DNA of 64,000 nucleotides from Chloroflexota bacterium (lineage in GTDB: Bacteria; Chloroflexota; Dehalococcoidia; JACPQF01): assembly GCA_016190625.1 (NCBI GenBank), contig JACPQF010000008.1, positions 7,235 to 71,234 of the forward strand, read 5' to 3'. Below, one piece after another: positions 46,539 to 57,800 of the stretch; positions within the stretch are counted from its first letter, which is position 1; each line of letters opens with the position of its first letter. The translations under genes were made by a program, and so were the position numbers. The notes beneath the pieces were generated by a model. That model had not been told where the DNA came from and made no database searches. It was given only the letters and a program-made list of their open reading frames with translations.

Positions 46539-46901
46539 CTAGACCGTCCGCTTGCGGGCTATGCCTTCCGAATCGACTAATAGGTCGGGCATCAGACCCG
46601 GCATACCCTGTGAAAGGTCAAACCCGTGGATGTCCTTCACCTGCTGAACGAACCAGCGAGTAAAATCGTCGGTTCCGCTGCTGAATTGCTCAAAAGCCGC
46701 CTTGGGATCGTTCCCTTCCACGGTGACGATCACGGTGTCACCATGCGGGCTAGTCTGCAGGAAAGCCCTCTCGTGCACTCCCAGGCGCCGCCTGGATTCG
46801 CTGTATTCAGAAAAGCGAGGGCCGGTTAGCTCCTCGGCGAAACGCCGCCATTGGGCTGTTTTGCCGGGAAGGATGGGAACACTTATGGCAAGTAACGCCA
46901 T
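46539..46901 (-). CDS. hypothetical protein (120 aa)
   Basis: ORF with plausible codon usage; no recognisable motif. Confidence 0.4.
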   Translation of the reverse strand: MALLAISVPILPGKTAQWRRFAEELTGPRFSEYSESRRRLGVHERAFLQTSPHGDTVIVTVEGNDPKAAFEQFSSGTDDFTRWFVQQVKDIHGFDLSQGMPGLMPDLLVDSEGIARKRTV

Positions 46902-47081
46902 GGTCAGACTCCTCCTGTGATTTGGTTTTTATGCGATAGCTCCAGCTAATGGCTTGTGGCAACGTAATCGCATAATCCGGACCAGGACTGCCTGAACCGG
47001 GCACGGGTTCTTGATGGTATTCCGGTTTAGGATGTGGAACCTTTCTCCTCGTGGCAGCGTCTACAACACGGGAGAGAAGGA

Positions 47082-47651
47082 ATGATTGGCGCTGGCAAGG
47101 AATCACCGCAAGTGGTCAGGGGCAAAAAAAATAGACTCGCGGTTGCCTTCGCTTTAGCATTTGGCGTGCTCTTCGCGCTGGCCTGTGGTAACAGCTTCAT
47201 TGCCGCCCCCACGCCTACCAGTGCGCCGCCGATCGTGGGAACCGCTATCTTATCCACGGTGCTTCCCGCCAGCACCTTCACCCTGCCGACGGCAACCGCG
47301 GCGGCAACCCGGCCCACCGTCGCGCCTCCATCGGCCACCGAGTACGCCACTCCCTCGCCATTTCGCACCGTCACCAACGCCGATAACGGGAAGACCATCG
47401 AGCTTCAAGTCGGCGAACGATTCCTCCTTACTCTGTCGTCCGGCTACGAGTGGGAGGTAAGCGTAGCAGACCCCGCGATCGTGAGCCAGGTAGTCGGCAT
47501 CCAGGTTCCCTATCGCACGCAGGGCATCTACGAAGCCAGGCAACCCGGCCGGACGACCATCGAGGCCGTCGGAGATCTTCCCTGCCGGAAGGCCAAGCCC
47601 CCCTGCCTTGCTCCATCCCTCCTGCTTCGGATCGACCTAGTGGTGCGATGA
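47082..47651 (+). CDS. lipoprotein with a C-terminal chagasin/I42-like protease-inhibitor domain
   Basis: Lipobox LAFGVLFALACGNS, a Pro/Thr/Ala-rich linker, and a C-terminal domain (GKTIELQVGERFLLTLSSGYEWEV...YRTQGIYEARQPGRTTIEAV) resembling the chagasin (I42) TGYxW and GxxTxxF motifs. Confidence 0.5.
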   Translation: MIGAGKESPQVVRGKKNRLAVAFALAFGVLFALACGNSFIAAPTPTSAPPIVGTAILSTVLPASTFTLPTATAAATRPTVAPPSATEYATPSPFRTVTNADNGKTIELQVGERFLLTLSSGYEWEVSVADPAIVSQVVGIQVPYRTQGIYEARQPGRTTIEAVGDLPCRKAKPPCLAPSLLLRIDLVVR

Positions 47652-47750
47652 GCCCGCATATCGAATCGGAGCTTTGACAACCCATCGATCTTCCACTACA
47701 ATCCCCCCAAGAGACAAGCATGATTTCAGCCATAGTAGGAGGCACCAAGC

Positions 47751-48521
47751 ATGGCCTACGTCGATCGCGATGGCGTGAAGATCTACTTTGAAGTGCATGG
47801 CAGCGGGACGCCAATCCTGCTCAGCCACGGCTATTCCGCCACGGCCCATATGTGGAAAGGCCAGGTGGCCTATTTCAGGGACAGCTATGAGATTATCGTC
47901 TGGGACATGAGGGGCCACGGCCGGAGTGACAGCCCGGAGGAACAGTCGCCGTACTCGGAGGCCGCCACCGTCGACGATATGGCGGCGATACTCGGCGAGT
48001 GCGGCGTCTCGAAGGCGATAATCGGCGGCCTTTCCCTCGGCGGGTATATGTCGTTGGCCTTCTACGTCCGCCGGCCGGAAATGGTGGAGGCCCTGATGTT
48101 GTTCGACACCGGCCCCGGCTACCGCAACCCGCAGGCCCGTGAGCGGTGGAACGAGTTCGCAATCAGCCGGGCCAGAGCCTTCGAAGAGCGGGGCATGGCG
48201 GCGCTTGGCGGGGGCGCCGAGGTGCGGGTATCGCAGCACACTTCAGCCGCCGGTCTAGCGCAGGCAGCCCGTGGGATGCTCGCCCAGTTCGATGCCCGCG
48301 TCATCGATTCGCTCGGATCTATCAAAGTCCCGACCCTCGTCCTCGTCGGCGCCAACGACCGGCAGTTTCTCAATGGCACCGACTACATGGCCGCCAAGAT
48401 ACCCGGTTCGACCAAAGTGGTCATCGAACACGCCGGCCACGCTTCGAACATCGACCAGCCAGCGGCCTTCAACCTGGCCATGCAATCATTCCTTGAGAGG
48501 ATAAGCCGTCAACTGCCGTAA
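47751..48521 (+). CDS. alpha/beta-fold hydrolase
   Basis: HGYSAT oxyanion region, nucleophile elbow GLSLGG, and a C-terminal His (GHASN). Confidence 0.8.
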   Translation: MAYVDRDGVKIYFEVHGSGTPILLSHGYSATAHMWKGQVAYFRDSYEIIVWDMRGHGRSDSPEEQSPYSEAATVDDMAAILGECGVSKAIIGGLSLGGYMSLAFYVRRPEMVEALMLFDTGPGYRNPQARERWNEFAISRARAFEERGMAALGGGAEVRVSQHTSAAGLAQAARGMLAQFDARVIDSLGSIKVPTLVLVGANDRQFLNGTDYMAAKIPGSTKVVIEHAGHASNIDQPAAFNLAMQSFLERISRQLP

Positions 48522-49675
48522 CCGAATTCCCTTCCCAACACGACGTTCATCGAGCCGGGAAAGACCGAGCGCAGAAATCGCGCCGTCAACAGCGTGCGAA
48601 GTCTCTCGTCTGGCTCACCAATGCTCTTGAGCCTGACGACGGAATCGTGCTCCAGGCCAGCTATCCTTTCTTCGAGATAGGAGCGCAGCCTGTAGCGATC
48701 GATCGCTGGGTCGACCGGGATATCCACCATCGGCCGGGTTGGAAGTGGCAAGAAAGTCAGCTCACTCACCGCCCATCGCGCCGGCTGATCCGCGCAACTC
48801 AACACGCTCCCGCCAGGGTGCCACGAAAGACGAAGCGGTATGCCGCCCTCTTCCCTCTCCTGCCGCCGCTGGAGAGAGGGTTCTGACCCAGCCAAAGGGC
48901 TGGGTGCCCCGGCGCTAAGACGGCCGCTCCCAGCATCGCCGTTGTGAGGTCGGAACTCGACCTCATAGAACCCTTTGGTTTCATCCTTCTCAGCGAACGA
49001 CGTTCGCTCGATAGACCCAGAATAGACTACAGGAACGTTTGCCCCAGGGGTACACAGAACCTGCCGGCGGTGTATGTGTCCGGTGAGAACAACGGCGCCA
49101 TCCGGGGGAATATCGGACATTCTTACCACGTCCTCACCCCACAGAAACGCGTAGTTGGAAGGCCCGACCTGCGCTCCTTCGACGGCCTGATGCATGCAGA
49201 GCAACTTGACCGGAGCCTGAGTCCTCTCCCAGCCAGTCTCAGCCAGGATCGACCTGAATCGGCCCCTAACGTCATCGCGCACGAATGGGAACCCCGAAAG
49301 GGCGACTGTCGTCCCCGCCGCTGCGACCTCGAACGTCCTGGGCGCATCGAAAACGTGGATGTTGGGCGCCGCTAGCCAGAGAGACTGGGGCAGTTTTGAT
49401 CTCTCGTGGTTTCCCGGCACGATGAAAAGGGGTATGCCGGAGGCGGCAAACCCCACCAGCGCATCATACACCAAGTCCAAGATTCCCTGTGGCACCCGGC
49501 TGCGGAAAAAGAGGTCGCCGCCGTGCACCACCAAATCGGGCCGCGTCCGCCGGGCGTAATCGAGGATGCGCCGGAAATTGTCGAAGAATCCCTGCCCTCT
49601 CCGCCGTCTCTCCACCCTCGGCCTAACAGGGTAGTCAAACCCCAAATGCGTATCGGCAAAGAACAGCACTCTCAA
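48509..49675 (-). CDS. metallophosphoesterase, SbcD/Mre11-like DNA-repair exonuclease family
   Basis: Calcineurin-like motifs FFADTHLG, GGDLF, GNHE, GHIHR; an extended non-homologous C-terminal region; no adjacent SbcC. Confidence 0.75.
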   Translation of the reverse strand: MRVLFFADTHLGFDYPVRPRVERRRRGQGFFDNFRRILDYARRTRPDLVVHGGDLFFRSRVPQGILDLVYDALVGFAASGIPLFIVPGNHERSKLPQSLWLAAPNIHVFDAPRTFEVAAAGTTVALSGFPFVRDDVRGRFRSILAETGWERTQAPVKLLCMHQAVEGAQVGPSNYAFLWGEDVVRMSDIPPDGAVVLTGHIHRRQVLCTPGANVPVVYSGSIERTSFAEKDETKGFYEVEFRPHNGDAGSGRLSAGAPSPLAGSEPSLQRRQEREEGGIPLRLSWHPGGSVLSCADQPARWAVSELTFLPLPTRPMVDIPVDPAIDRYRLRSYLEERIAGLEHDSVVRLKSIGEPDERLRTLLTARFLRSVFPGSMNVVLGREFGYGS

Positions 49676-49691
49676 CCCTCTACCCTCTACC

Positions 49692-50768
49692 CTAGAACAA
49701 GCTGGGCTGCGAATAATAAGCAGGAGTGAGGTCGCTCAGGCCGATGCCTACCAGTCTCACCTTCCACTGCCTATTCCACGCCTGCTGCAACAGCATCAGG
49801 CTGGTCCTAACGATGGCATCGCTGGCGTCCGTGGGGAAGGCGAGCGTTCGACTGCGACTGATAGTGGAGAAATCGGCGTAGCGCAACCTCGTGGTGACCG
49901 TGCGGGCGTGCCAGTTCTTTGTTTTGAGATGGGCGACGGCGCGCTCGCTCAGCTCGAGGAGCTTGGCTTCCGCCTGCTGCACGTCGCCCACGTCGTTCGA
50001 GAAAGTATGGTCGTGGGAGATCGACTTACGCTGGCGATCGATTCGCACCGGGCTGGAATCGGCGCCTCTGGCCCGCTGCCACAGGTATTCGCCCACCCTC
50101 CCGAACTGGGCGCGCAGCACCTCCGGCGAGCGGCTGGCCAAGTCCCCGATGGTGCAGATCCGGCAGACTCGCAAGCGGGCGGCAGTTTTAGGGCCAACAC
50201 CCCAGAGCTTCTCCACTGGCAGCGCGGAGAGGAAACCAGCCTCTTCGCCCGGAGGCACCACGAGAAAGCCGAACGGCTTGCACGCATCGGTGGCTATCTT
50301 CGCCACCAGCTTGTTGGAAGCTATGCCCACGCTGCAGGGAAGGCCGACCTCCGCCTGCACCCGCAGTTGAATCGCCCGCCCCATCTCCTCGACCGCATCG
50401 TCGCTTCCCTTCACGTCGGTGGCGTCCAGAAATGCCTCGTCGATGGACATCTGCTCGACCAGAGGCGCGTACTCCCTCAGGAGGTCCATGACCCTGTCGG
50501 AAAAGACCCGGTAGACGTCGTGCCGCGGGCGAATGAAGACCGCCTGCGGGCACAACCGGACGGCGTGGCCGATGGGCATGGCCGAACGCACGCCAAACCG
50601 GCGGGCGGGATAGGAGGCGGATACCACGACGCCCCGCCCCTGCGGGTCGGCGCCCACGATCACCGGCTTCCCTTTTAGCTCCGGCTTGAGGTGCTCCTCG
50701 ACCGAGCAAAAGAAGGCGTCCAGGTCCACGTGAACTATTCTTCTGGTGAAATCTGACTGCGACACCAA
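49692..50768 (-). CDS. dinB: DNA polymerase IV (Y-family)
   Basis: IVHVDLDAFFCSVE, ...MSIDEAFLD, and little-finger domain; 358 aa. Confidence 0.9.
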   Translation of the reverse strand: MVSQSDFTRRIVHVDLDAFFCSVEEHLKPELKGKPVIVGADPQGRGVVVSASYPARRFGVRSAMPIGHAVRLCPQAVFIRPRHDVYRVFSDRVMDLLREYAPLVEQMSIDEAFLDATDVKGSDDAVEEMGRAIQLRVQAEVGLPCSVGIASNKLVAKIATDACKPFGFLVVPPGEEAGFLSALPVEKLWGVGPKTAARLRVCRICTIGDLASRSPEVLRAQFGRVGEYLWQRARGADSSPVRIDRQRKSISHDHTFSNDVGDVQQAEAKLLELSERAVAHLKTKNWHARTVTTRLRYADFSTISRSRTLAFPTDASDAIVRTSLMLLQQAWNRQWKVRLVGIGLSDLTPAYYSQPSLF

Positions 50769-51013
50769 ACCAGCCCCTCATTCGCCGCCCCGGCCACCTG
50801 CGGCCGCTTGCGTCACGCCTTGGTGTCCGGGCCGTGCGTGCCCATGTCCGCACCCAATATAGCACACATGTTCTGGTCCGTCAAGTGGCGAGGCGCCATT
50901 CGCCGTTCTCTCGCCGCATACTGGCCGTTGGGCACGGTGCTCATCATGGGTCACTCCTGACCGTCAATTCGTCCTCGATAGGGTTGTTGGGAAAAGGATG
51001 CAGGTCGGCGGTA

Positions 51014-52147
51014 TCACTTCTTTGCGGGGGGATTTTTAGCCTGGGCGTATACTCTCTCGAATTCCGCGGTGAACTGATGGGCCAAAGAGGAGTCATCCAC
51101 GATCAGGAGGTTCTCGTCGTTTGACTCGTCGGCATTCCCCGAGAAGTTGAATGACCCGAATACCACGGTCTGCTCGTCGATGATGAATACCTTGTGGTGC
51201 ATCAGGTAGGGATTACCGTCCTGAAGGACGTCGACTCGCTCCGCCTTCAATTTGCCGTACTCGCTGTAGCGCGTTTCCGAGCCGGTATTCTCGAATACCC
51301 CCCGGACCTTCACGCCCGCTTTGGCTCGCGCGACCAATTCGTCTCCCATCTGGTCATCCGTGAAAGAGAACGCCATGAAGTCGATGGTCTTCTCCGCTTT
51401 TTTCAGGCGGGCGACGATCTTGTCCGCCACCTTGTCTTCCGGAGCAAAGTAGTTCCTTACCGAGGCGCCCCCGATGGTGAGCGCAGCGGTGGTGCCCCCG
51501 GCTCTGCGCCGCGGCCCGAACTGGTTGTCCCGCCACATCTTCTCGAAATTGGCCGCGTAGTTTCGGGCCAAGTCCACGCTGCCTATCGAGATCGCGTTGT
51601 TGTTGTAGCGGTACGTGTCGTTTTCCGTGAAGTTCCAGGATCCGGTCCAGACCGCCTCGCCGTCGACTACCACATACTTGTCGTGCATTATGGCGTTTTG
51701 GTTGCCCCCCACGACCGTGATGCCGGCCGCTTGCAGTCGTTTGAAGGAAGGATTCTCTTTGGGATCGTCGAGGATGTCTATATCCGTCACCACCCGCACG
51801 GTCGCGCCGCGCTTCCTGACGTCGACAAGCGCCGCCGTTACGTTCTCCAAATCGAGCTGATAAATGGCCATGTCCACGCTGCTCGTCGCCGTGCGAATGA
51901 ACGAGGTTAGCTGTTCGTCCATGCCCCCCTTATGGTCCGCGGCCTTGTCGGGATACCTGGGGCTGGTGAAGTAGACCTGATACCAGCGCCCGGTCGTGCC
52001 AGCCGTCTTGGATTCCGGGAGTTTGACATTGGACAGAAGATTCCAGGACGCGGCCGCCGCCACGATGAGCACGATGGCAAGCAAGACGACAAGGATACGA
52101 ATCGGCCAGCGTTTGCTATCCATTCTCCGGTCCCTTTGTTGGTTCAC
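51014..52147 (-). CDS. membrane-anchored phospholipase D-family protein with two HKD motifs
   Basis: N-terminal TM (ILVVLLAIVLIVAAAASW); HKD motifs MHDKYVVVDGEAVWTGSWNFTEN and MHHKVFIIDEQTVVFGSFNFSGN. Confidence 0.8.
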   Translation of the reverse strand: MNQQRDRRMDSKRWPIRILVVLLAIVLIVAAAASWNLLSNVKLPESKTAGTTGRWYQVYFTSPRYPDKAADHKGGMDEQLTSFIRTATSSVDMAIYQLDLENVTAALVDVRKRGATVRVVTDIDILDDPKENPSFKRLQAAGITVVGGNQNAIMHDKYVVVDGEAVWTGSWNFTENDTYRYNNNAISIGSVDLARNYAANFEKMWRDNQFGPRRRAGGTTAALTIGGASVRNYFAPEDKVADKIVARLKKAEKTIDFMAFSFTDDQMGDELVARAKAGVKVRGVFENTGSETRYSEYGKLKAERVDVLQDGNPYLMHHKVFIIDEQTVVFGSFNFSGNADESNDENLLIVDDSSLAHQFTAEFERVYAQAKNPPAKK

Positions 52148-52169
52148 TTTTGGCGCCTACGGCCCGGTC

Positions 52170-52610
52170 TCATCGATCGGGGTCTGTCGCGCTTCCTTCC
52201 GGTTCACCAGAGACCAGCTTGACCAGCCTCATCCCAAAATCCTCGGGACACATGCTTCTCCGTTCTGCCCCAAGGCGATCGATCTCTTCCCAATCCGGAC
52301 TCTTGCCGGCAGACTTCGCCAGTTCGGCCAGCTCCGCTCGCGTTTCCTCATCATTCATCCCATCTTTTGCGCCGGTCAAATCATTGATCCGGCGCATGAC
52401 CGAGCGTATCCGGCGAAGTGAATCTTCGAATTGAGATTGCCTATCTTGCGGATTGCTGGCCGTAGCGGCTCGGTCCGCCGCCTCAGCCACTCGAGCTTCG
52501 GCCCACGAGAGGACTAGCTCTGCAACCCTATCGGTGAGCTGCGAGCGAAGCCGCTCGTCGTCCAAGAGTCTTTCCATGCCACGCTCGATCGCCCTATCTC
52601 GTTGAGACAA
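52170..52610 (-). CDS. hypothetical protein (146 aa, acidic/helical)
   Basis: ORF only; no recognisable motif. Confidence 0.4.
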   Translation of the reverse strand: MSQRDRAIERGMERLLDDERLRSQLTDRVAELVLSWAEARVAEAADRAATASNPQDRQSQFEDSLRRIRSVMRRINDLTGAKDGMNDEETRAELAELAKSAGKSPDWEEIDRLGAERRSMCPEDFGMRLVKLVSGEPEGSATDPDR

Positions 52611-52694
52611 TCCAAGCTCCTGCCGGTCCTTAACTCCCTACTGGCGCTGCCCTACAATGATGAGTAACCAGCAACCATACGTATCGCAATAATG

Positions 52695-53453
52695 TCACGT
52701 AGCGGCTAACGCCTCGATAACCCCGGAGCAGCCTCCTTCGCCCAAATACTCGGCATGGTCGCCGATGCCCTCGAACTTCCGTCCGACTATCTTGGCGCAT
52801 ACGAGCCCGTTCTTGGTACATCTTGCTAGTCTGTCAATCGCCTCGAGGGCATTGGGAGACCTATACTTGACCTTACCGCCATTCTTGAGACTGTTCGTTT
52901 CTAGTATCCAAATCGCGGCTCCCAATGCCCCACAGGCGCCCCCGCTCAAGCCGATTCCGCCCGCAAGTCCCGCCGCCATGACCGCGTGCATGTCGTATGC
53001 GCCCATCTTCTTTGCCAATAATGCCGCGCAGCTTACCGGGGCAGGGGGCGCTTCGACACGTATTACGGAAAGAGTGGTCTGTGTCTCAGCGAATGCTATC
53101 TGGGCATATCTTCCGGCCATGCGAAAGCAGCGTACGGCCCCGCCTTTCATCAGGAAGTACCCCGCCATCTGCCTCGCCGATGCTGACTTATGCAACCCGG
53201 TTATGTCGTAGCAGTTCGTAGCGTTGTTGAGAGCATGAAAGGATGCCACGAGCTTTTGTGCTGCCATTACGGCCGCGGTTTCAGCTTGCCGGCCCGTGCC
53301 AAGAAGTCGGTACGCCCGCGCCCCGGCCGCAAGGGCTGCGCCCCAGATCATACCGCACTGGTAACCGTTTCCCGCTATTCCGCCCGCCAATGGCGTGGCG
53401 GCGTGCTCCTCGAATTCCGCTGCATGGTCGAAGGCTCGGTTGAGAACTCTCAA
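52695..53453 (-). CDS. C_GCAxxG_C_C family putative redox-active protein
   Basis: GYQCGMIWGAALAAG and SGGACGALGAAIWI motifs with conserved flanking Cys residues. Confidence 0.6.
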   Translation of the reverse strand: MRVLNRAFDHAAEFEEHAATPLAGGIAGNGYQCGMIWGAALAAGARAYRLLGTGRQAETAAVMAAQKLVASFHALNNATNCYDITGLHKSASARQMAGYFLMKGGAVRCFRMAGRYAQIAFAETQTTLSVIRVEAPPAPVSCAALLAKKMGAYDMHAVMAAGLAGGIGLSGGACGALGAAIWILETNSLKNGGKVKYRSPNALEAIDRLARCTKNGLVCAKIVGRKFEGIGDHAEYLGEGGCSGVIEALAAT

Positions 53454-53582
53454 CAGGGTTTCCGATCAGGTCCCGACTTTGAGAAATGTAGCCATAGTTG
53501 CCAGCGACGACAAACCGCCCTTTGCTTCCGAGTTCATTTCGTCTCCTTAGGTAGACAACCTCTCCATCATCTATCCCACTGG

Positions 53583-54380
53583 TCACCGTTCTGACTTCAT
53601 TTGACGAATGCAGATATCGAGAATGGGTACGGACATGCCGAACTCCTCGGCCATGGCCTTGGCCAGTGGCATGTCCTTCAGCTCCAGCGCCCGCGCCACG
53701 GGCGAAAAGGTCACCGTGTTCCACTGCTCGATCGCCCAGCTCCCGCCTGTGCTTTGTCCGATGACCTGCCGGGCCAGTTCGCGATCGATCCCGGCCGCGC
53801 TGGCCAAATCGAGGCCCTCGCGTGCGACGCGGGCATTGCTGTAGAAGATCATGTTGTTGATTAGCTTCATGCTTTCGCCGGCGCCGATTTCACCGAGGTG
53901 GTAGATGTTGGTGGCGACCTTGTGCAGAACGGGCAGACAGCGCTCGAAGACGGCCCTATCGCCGCCAACCATGATCGTCAAGTTGCCCAGCCCAGCATTG
54001 ATCGTCCCGCCGCTCACCGGGGTATCGAGCACGTGCACGCCCAAGGCCGCCCCTTCGGTTGCCACCCGCTTGCAGAGCGCTGGCGAAATCGTGCTCATCA
54101 ACAGCGCGACGCTCCCCTTCTTCATGACGGCAAGGACGCCATCATCACCCAGCATGACCTCGTTTGTCTGCGCCTCGTCCCTCACAATCACCATCACCAC
54201 GCTAGAGTCCTTGGCGAGCGCCTGCGGTCCAGCCGCGGCCGTCGCGCCGAGCGTGACGAGGTCCTCGACCGGAGCGGTGAGCTTATCGTAAACGACGAGG
54301 TCGACCCCTGTTTCGAGCAGTCGTCGTGCCATCGGCTTTCCCATAGCACCCAGCCCGATGAAGCCAACCTTCTCTCCCAT
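53583..54380 (-). CDS. NAD(P)-dependent 3-hydroxyisobutyrate / 2-hydroxy-3-oxopropionate reductase family dehydrogenase
   Basis: Rossmann GFIGLGAMG N-terminus and a catalytic Lys region (SMKLINN) of the 6PGDH-like beta-hydroxyacid dehydrogenases. Confidence 0.85.
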   Translation of the reverse strand: MGEKVGFIGLGAMGKPMARRLLETGVDLVVYDKLTAPVEDLVTLGATAAAGPQALAKDSSVVMVIVRDEAQTNEVMLGDDGVLAVMKKGSVALLMSTISPALCKRVATEGAALGVHVLDTPVSGGTINAGLGNLTIMVGGDRAVFERCLPVLHKVATNIYHLGEIGAGESMKLINNMIFYSNARVAREGLDLASAAGIDRELARQVIGQSTGGSWAIEQWNTVTFSPVARALELKDMPLAKAMAEEFGMSVPILDICIRQMKSER

Positions 54381-54850
54381 TGCAGACCTCCTTGTGCATT
54401 ACGTGACGCGAGCGGGGTTGCTGCCGCTTGACTTGACAAGACCGAGTCGATCGGCTTAGCCGTGGCCAGACGGACCTGGACAGCGTCCGCAATTGAGAAA
54501 CTCTGATGTCGGCAATTATACTACCACTCCTTGAGGCAGTCTATCCCATCAAGCCGCTGAGTTTCTCAGCCGGTTGATGGACTTCGACTGCGCCCTACCA
54601 CTAAAGTATTCCATGAACCGGCGTTCATCGGCGGCTTAGAAACCCGGCATAATCGCCAGCGTGAATGCTATTTGAGCAGCCTTTGGTATAATAGAGGAAG
54701 AAAACGCATGCGGCAACTGTCTTGAGAACGTCGGGGGTTGGCTCGCTGATTCTCGGCCGGGGTTCGGCTCGCCCAATTGAGTAGGCCGCATCCCGACCGC
54801 GGTGAGAGCAGGACTTGCTGCTTTTCAGGTAGCTGGAAGGGACCAGGTCA

Positions 54851-57800
54851 GTGCTTGCTCTACATGCGCAGTTCCTGAACAATAGGAGCTTCTTTATCTG
54901 GGGCGAGGACTCTGCTAGATGGCAGGCAGCCACCAGCAAACGAGCGCGCTCTTCAGCCAGAACCACCGCCAAATCTCATCCATTCGCTTGCTCTGCCGAC
55001 CAGCTACGCGAGGTCTTGGCGGCGAATAGCGATCTAGACTCGAAGGGACTCTCGGCGGGCAACGCCGTGCTGCGCTTGCCAACTGCCAACCGGCTTCCGG
55101 CCAAATCCCCTTACCTGCTCACCGAGGAGTACGGTCCTGCGGACGATAAGGCAAGTCTGCAGCCGTGGTCGGTCGAAGGGATCCGGTGCAGACACGTAGA
55201 CATCACGAAGCTGCTCGAGGCCTTCGATGGCTTCTCGTCTCACAGCGTTATCTTGGGCGAGTCCTTCCACTATTGGCTCAATGCCGCCCGGCTGGTTCAG
55301 GAATGGGTGGCCCGCGGCTGTGTGCTGCCCGTCCTTCTCGAAAGGATGGAAGCAGACGGGAAGTACCAGGCCCGCTGGAGGTTGCATGCCGTAGAGGACA
55401 AGGACTTCGAGCGACGCCGCCTATTGGCCGAAGCGCTGCCCCCTGTTGGCCGGGCCGAGGCGATAGGCGACAACGCCGAGCCGGATCCGCAGTCGATCCT
55501 CGACGCCTTCTTGGATACGACCGCCGACGGCTTGTGCCGCCTCCTTCTGGCCAGCCGCAAGCCTGCACAACGAGCGAGGGCAGGCGCCAGTCCGTCCGCG
55601 GAAACAGCTTTCGTCGAAGCTCTCACCGGCGAGAACCCGACCGTAGTGGCGGCAAAGAGCGACGTCCGGCGCCTGGCCGGCATTTTGGCTGACTGGAGCA
55701 AGGGTGCGAGCGAGATCGCGGCCGGAGCGTTGCGAACCACTTTCAAGCTCGAAGCGCCGGATGAAGCAGTCCCAACGGCAACCGGCGGTACGCCAGACGG
55801 CTTCTGGCAACTGCATTTCTTGCTGCAGGCCGTCGGCGACAAGAGCTTGCAGATTCCTGCCGAAGATGTCTGGAAGCCGAGAGCGGAAACCGCCCGTTTT
55901 CTCAAACAGAGCTTTGAGCATCCCCAGGAACGGCTGCTGGGCGATCTGGGCCGCGCCACGCGCCTTTACGCCCCCATCGAAGAGGGGCTCAAATGCGCCA
56001 GACCCTCGGGCTTGCGTCTAACAGCCGAGCAGGCCTACGATTTCCTCCGGCACGGGGCGCCTCTGCTGGAACAGGCCGGATTTGGCGTGCTCGTACCAAA
56101 ATGGTGGTCCTTCCACAGAAGGACCCGCCTCGGCGTCCGCCTGAAGGTGAAAAGCAAGGCAGACGGCAGTAAGACCGGTAGCGGGCTTATGGGCATGAAC
56201 GCCCTGGTCGAATACTCGTGGGAGATAGCCATCGGCGAGGAAACGATAACGCCCGAGGAATTCGCCAAGCTGGCTGCCCTCAAAGTGCCGCTGGTCAAGG
56301 TACGGGGGCAGTGGGTAGAGCTCAAACCCGACGAGATCGAGGCGGCAATCGCCTTCTTTGCCAAGAGACAGGCGATGGGCGCCATCACCGTAAGCGACGC
56401 CCTGCATCTGAACAGTGGCATCGAGAACATGGCGGGAGTTCCGGTGACCAACGTCGACTTAGAAGGCTGGTTGTCGAGTCTGCTCGGCGACGGCGGCGAA
56501 GGTAGTCATATGGAGGCGGTCGATCCTCCCGAATCGTTCCACGGCGAGCTAAGGCCCTACCAGAAGCGGGGGCTATCGTGGCTCGCGTTTCTCGGGCAGC
56601 GAGGCTTGGGCGCCTGCCTGGCCGACGATATGGGGCTGGGCAAGACCATCCAATTGATCGCCCTCTTGCTGCGAGAACGGGAGGACGCGGCCGCCAGACC
56701 CCAACCCACGCTGCTGATCTGTCCCATGTCGGTGATGGGTAACTGGCAGCGCGAGGTTCGCAGGTTCGCCCCGAGCCTCGAAGCCCATATTCATCACGGC
56801 GGAGAACGACTGGCCGACGACGAATTCGTCCGCGAAGCGCAGACGAAGGATTTGGTCATCTCCTCGTATGCCATAGCGACCAGGGATGTCGATACCCTCA
56901 AGCGAATAGATTGGCAGCGGGTGGCGCTCGACGAAGCCCAGAACATCAAGAACAGCAACACGAAACAGGCGCAAGCTGCCCGTCAGTTGGCGGCCAGCGA
57001 GAGGGTAGCCTTGACGGGTACGCCGGTTGAGAACCGCCTCTCCGAGCTTTGGTCGATAATGGAGTTTCTCAATCCGGGCTATCTCGGAGGACCTATGGAG
57101 TTTCGCAAGCGGTTCGTCATTCCCATCGAGCGCTATCACGACGATTCCCGGGCTACAGCTCTCAAGCGCCTGGTGGGGCCATTCGTTCTGCGAAGGCTCA
57201 AGACCGACAGATCCATCATCGAGGACCTTCCTGACAAGATCGAAAACAAAGTCTACTGCAACCTAACCCGCGAACAGGCGTCTCTCTATCAGGCTGTCGT
57301 CGACGAGATGATCGACAAGATCGAACAGTCGGAGGGCATCACCCGCAAGGGACTGGTTCTGGCCACGATGCTGCGGCTCAAGCAGGTCTGCAACCACCCT
57401 GCTCACTTCCTGCAGGACCACAGCAGCCTGGTAGGACGCTCGGGTAAGCTGGAGAGATTGACCGAGATGCTCGAGGAGCTAGTCGAAACGGGCGACAAGT
57501 CTCTCGTGTTCACCCAGTTTGCCGAAATGGGCCAGATGCTGAAGGGCTACTTGCAGGAGCGCTTCGGGCAAGAAGTACTTTTCCTTCATGGCGGCACAAG
57601 CCGCAAGGCGCGAGACGCTATGGTCGCCACTTTCCAGTGCACCGGCGCCTCGCCCCTGATATTTATCCTATCCCTGAAGGCGGGCGGCGTTGGCCTGAAC
57701 CTCACGGGGGCGAGCCACGTCTTCCATTTCGATCGCTGGTGGAACCCGGCGGTGGAGAATCAGGCCACGGATAGGGCGTTTCGCATTGGCCAAACGAAGA

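Noticed and set aside
50769-51013. Looked for an SOS/LexA box upstream of dinB
   Set aside because: Only the weak palindrome fragment CACATGTTC was seen, with no GAAC-N4-GTTC or CTGT-N8-ACAG; not reported as a regulatory site.
56101-56116. GGTCCTTCCACAGAAGGACC, a family B REP-like palindrome, inside the SNF2 gene
   Set aside because: It is in frame within conserved coding sequence (WSFHRRTR), and is probably a chance match rather than a REP insertion.
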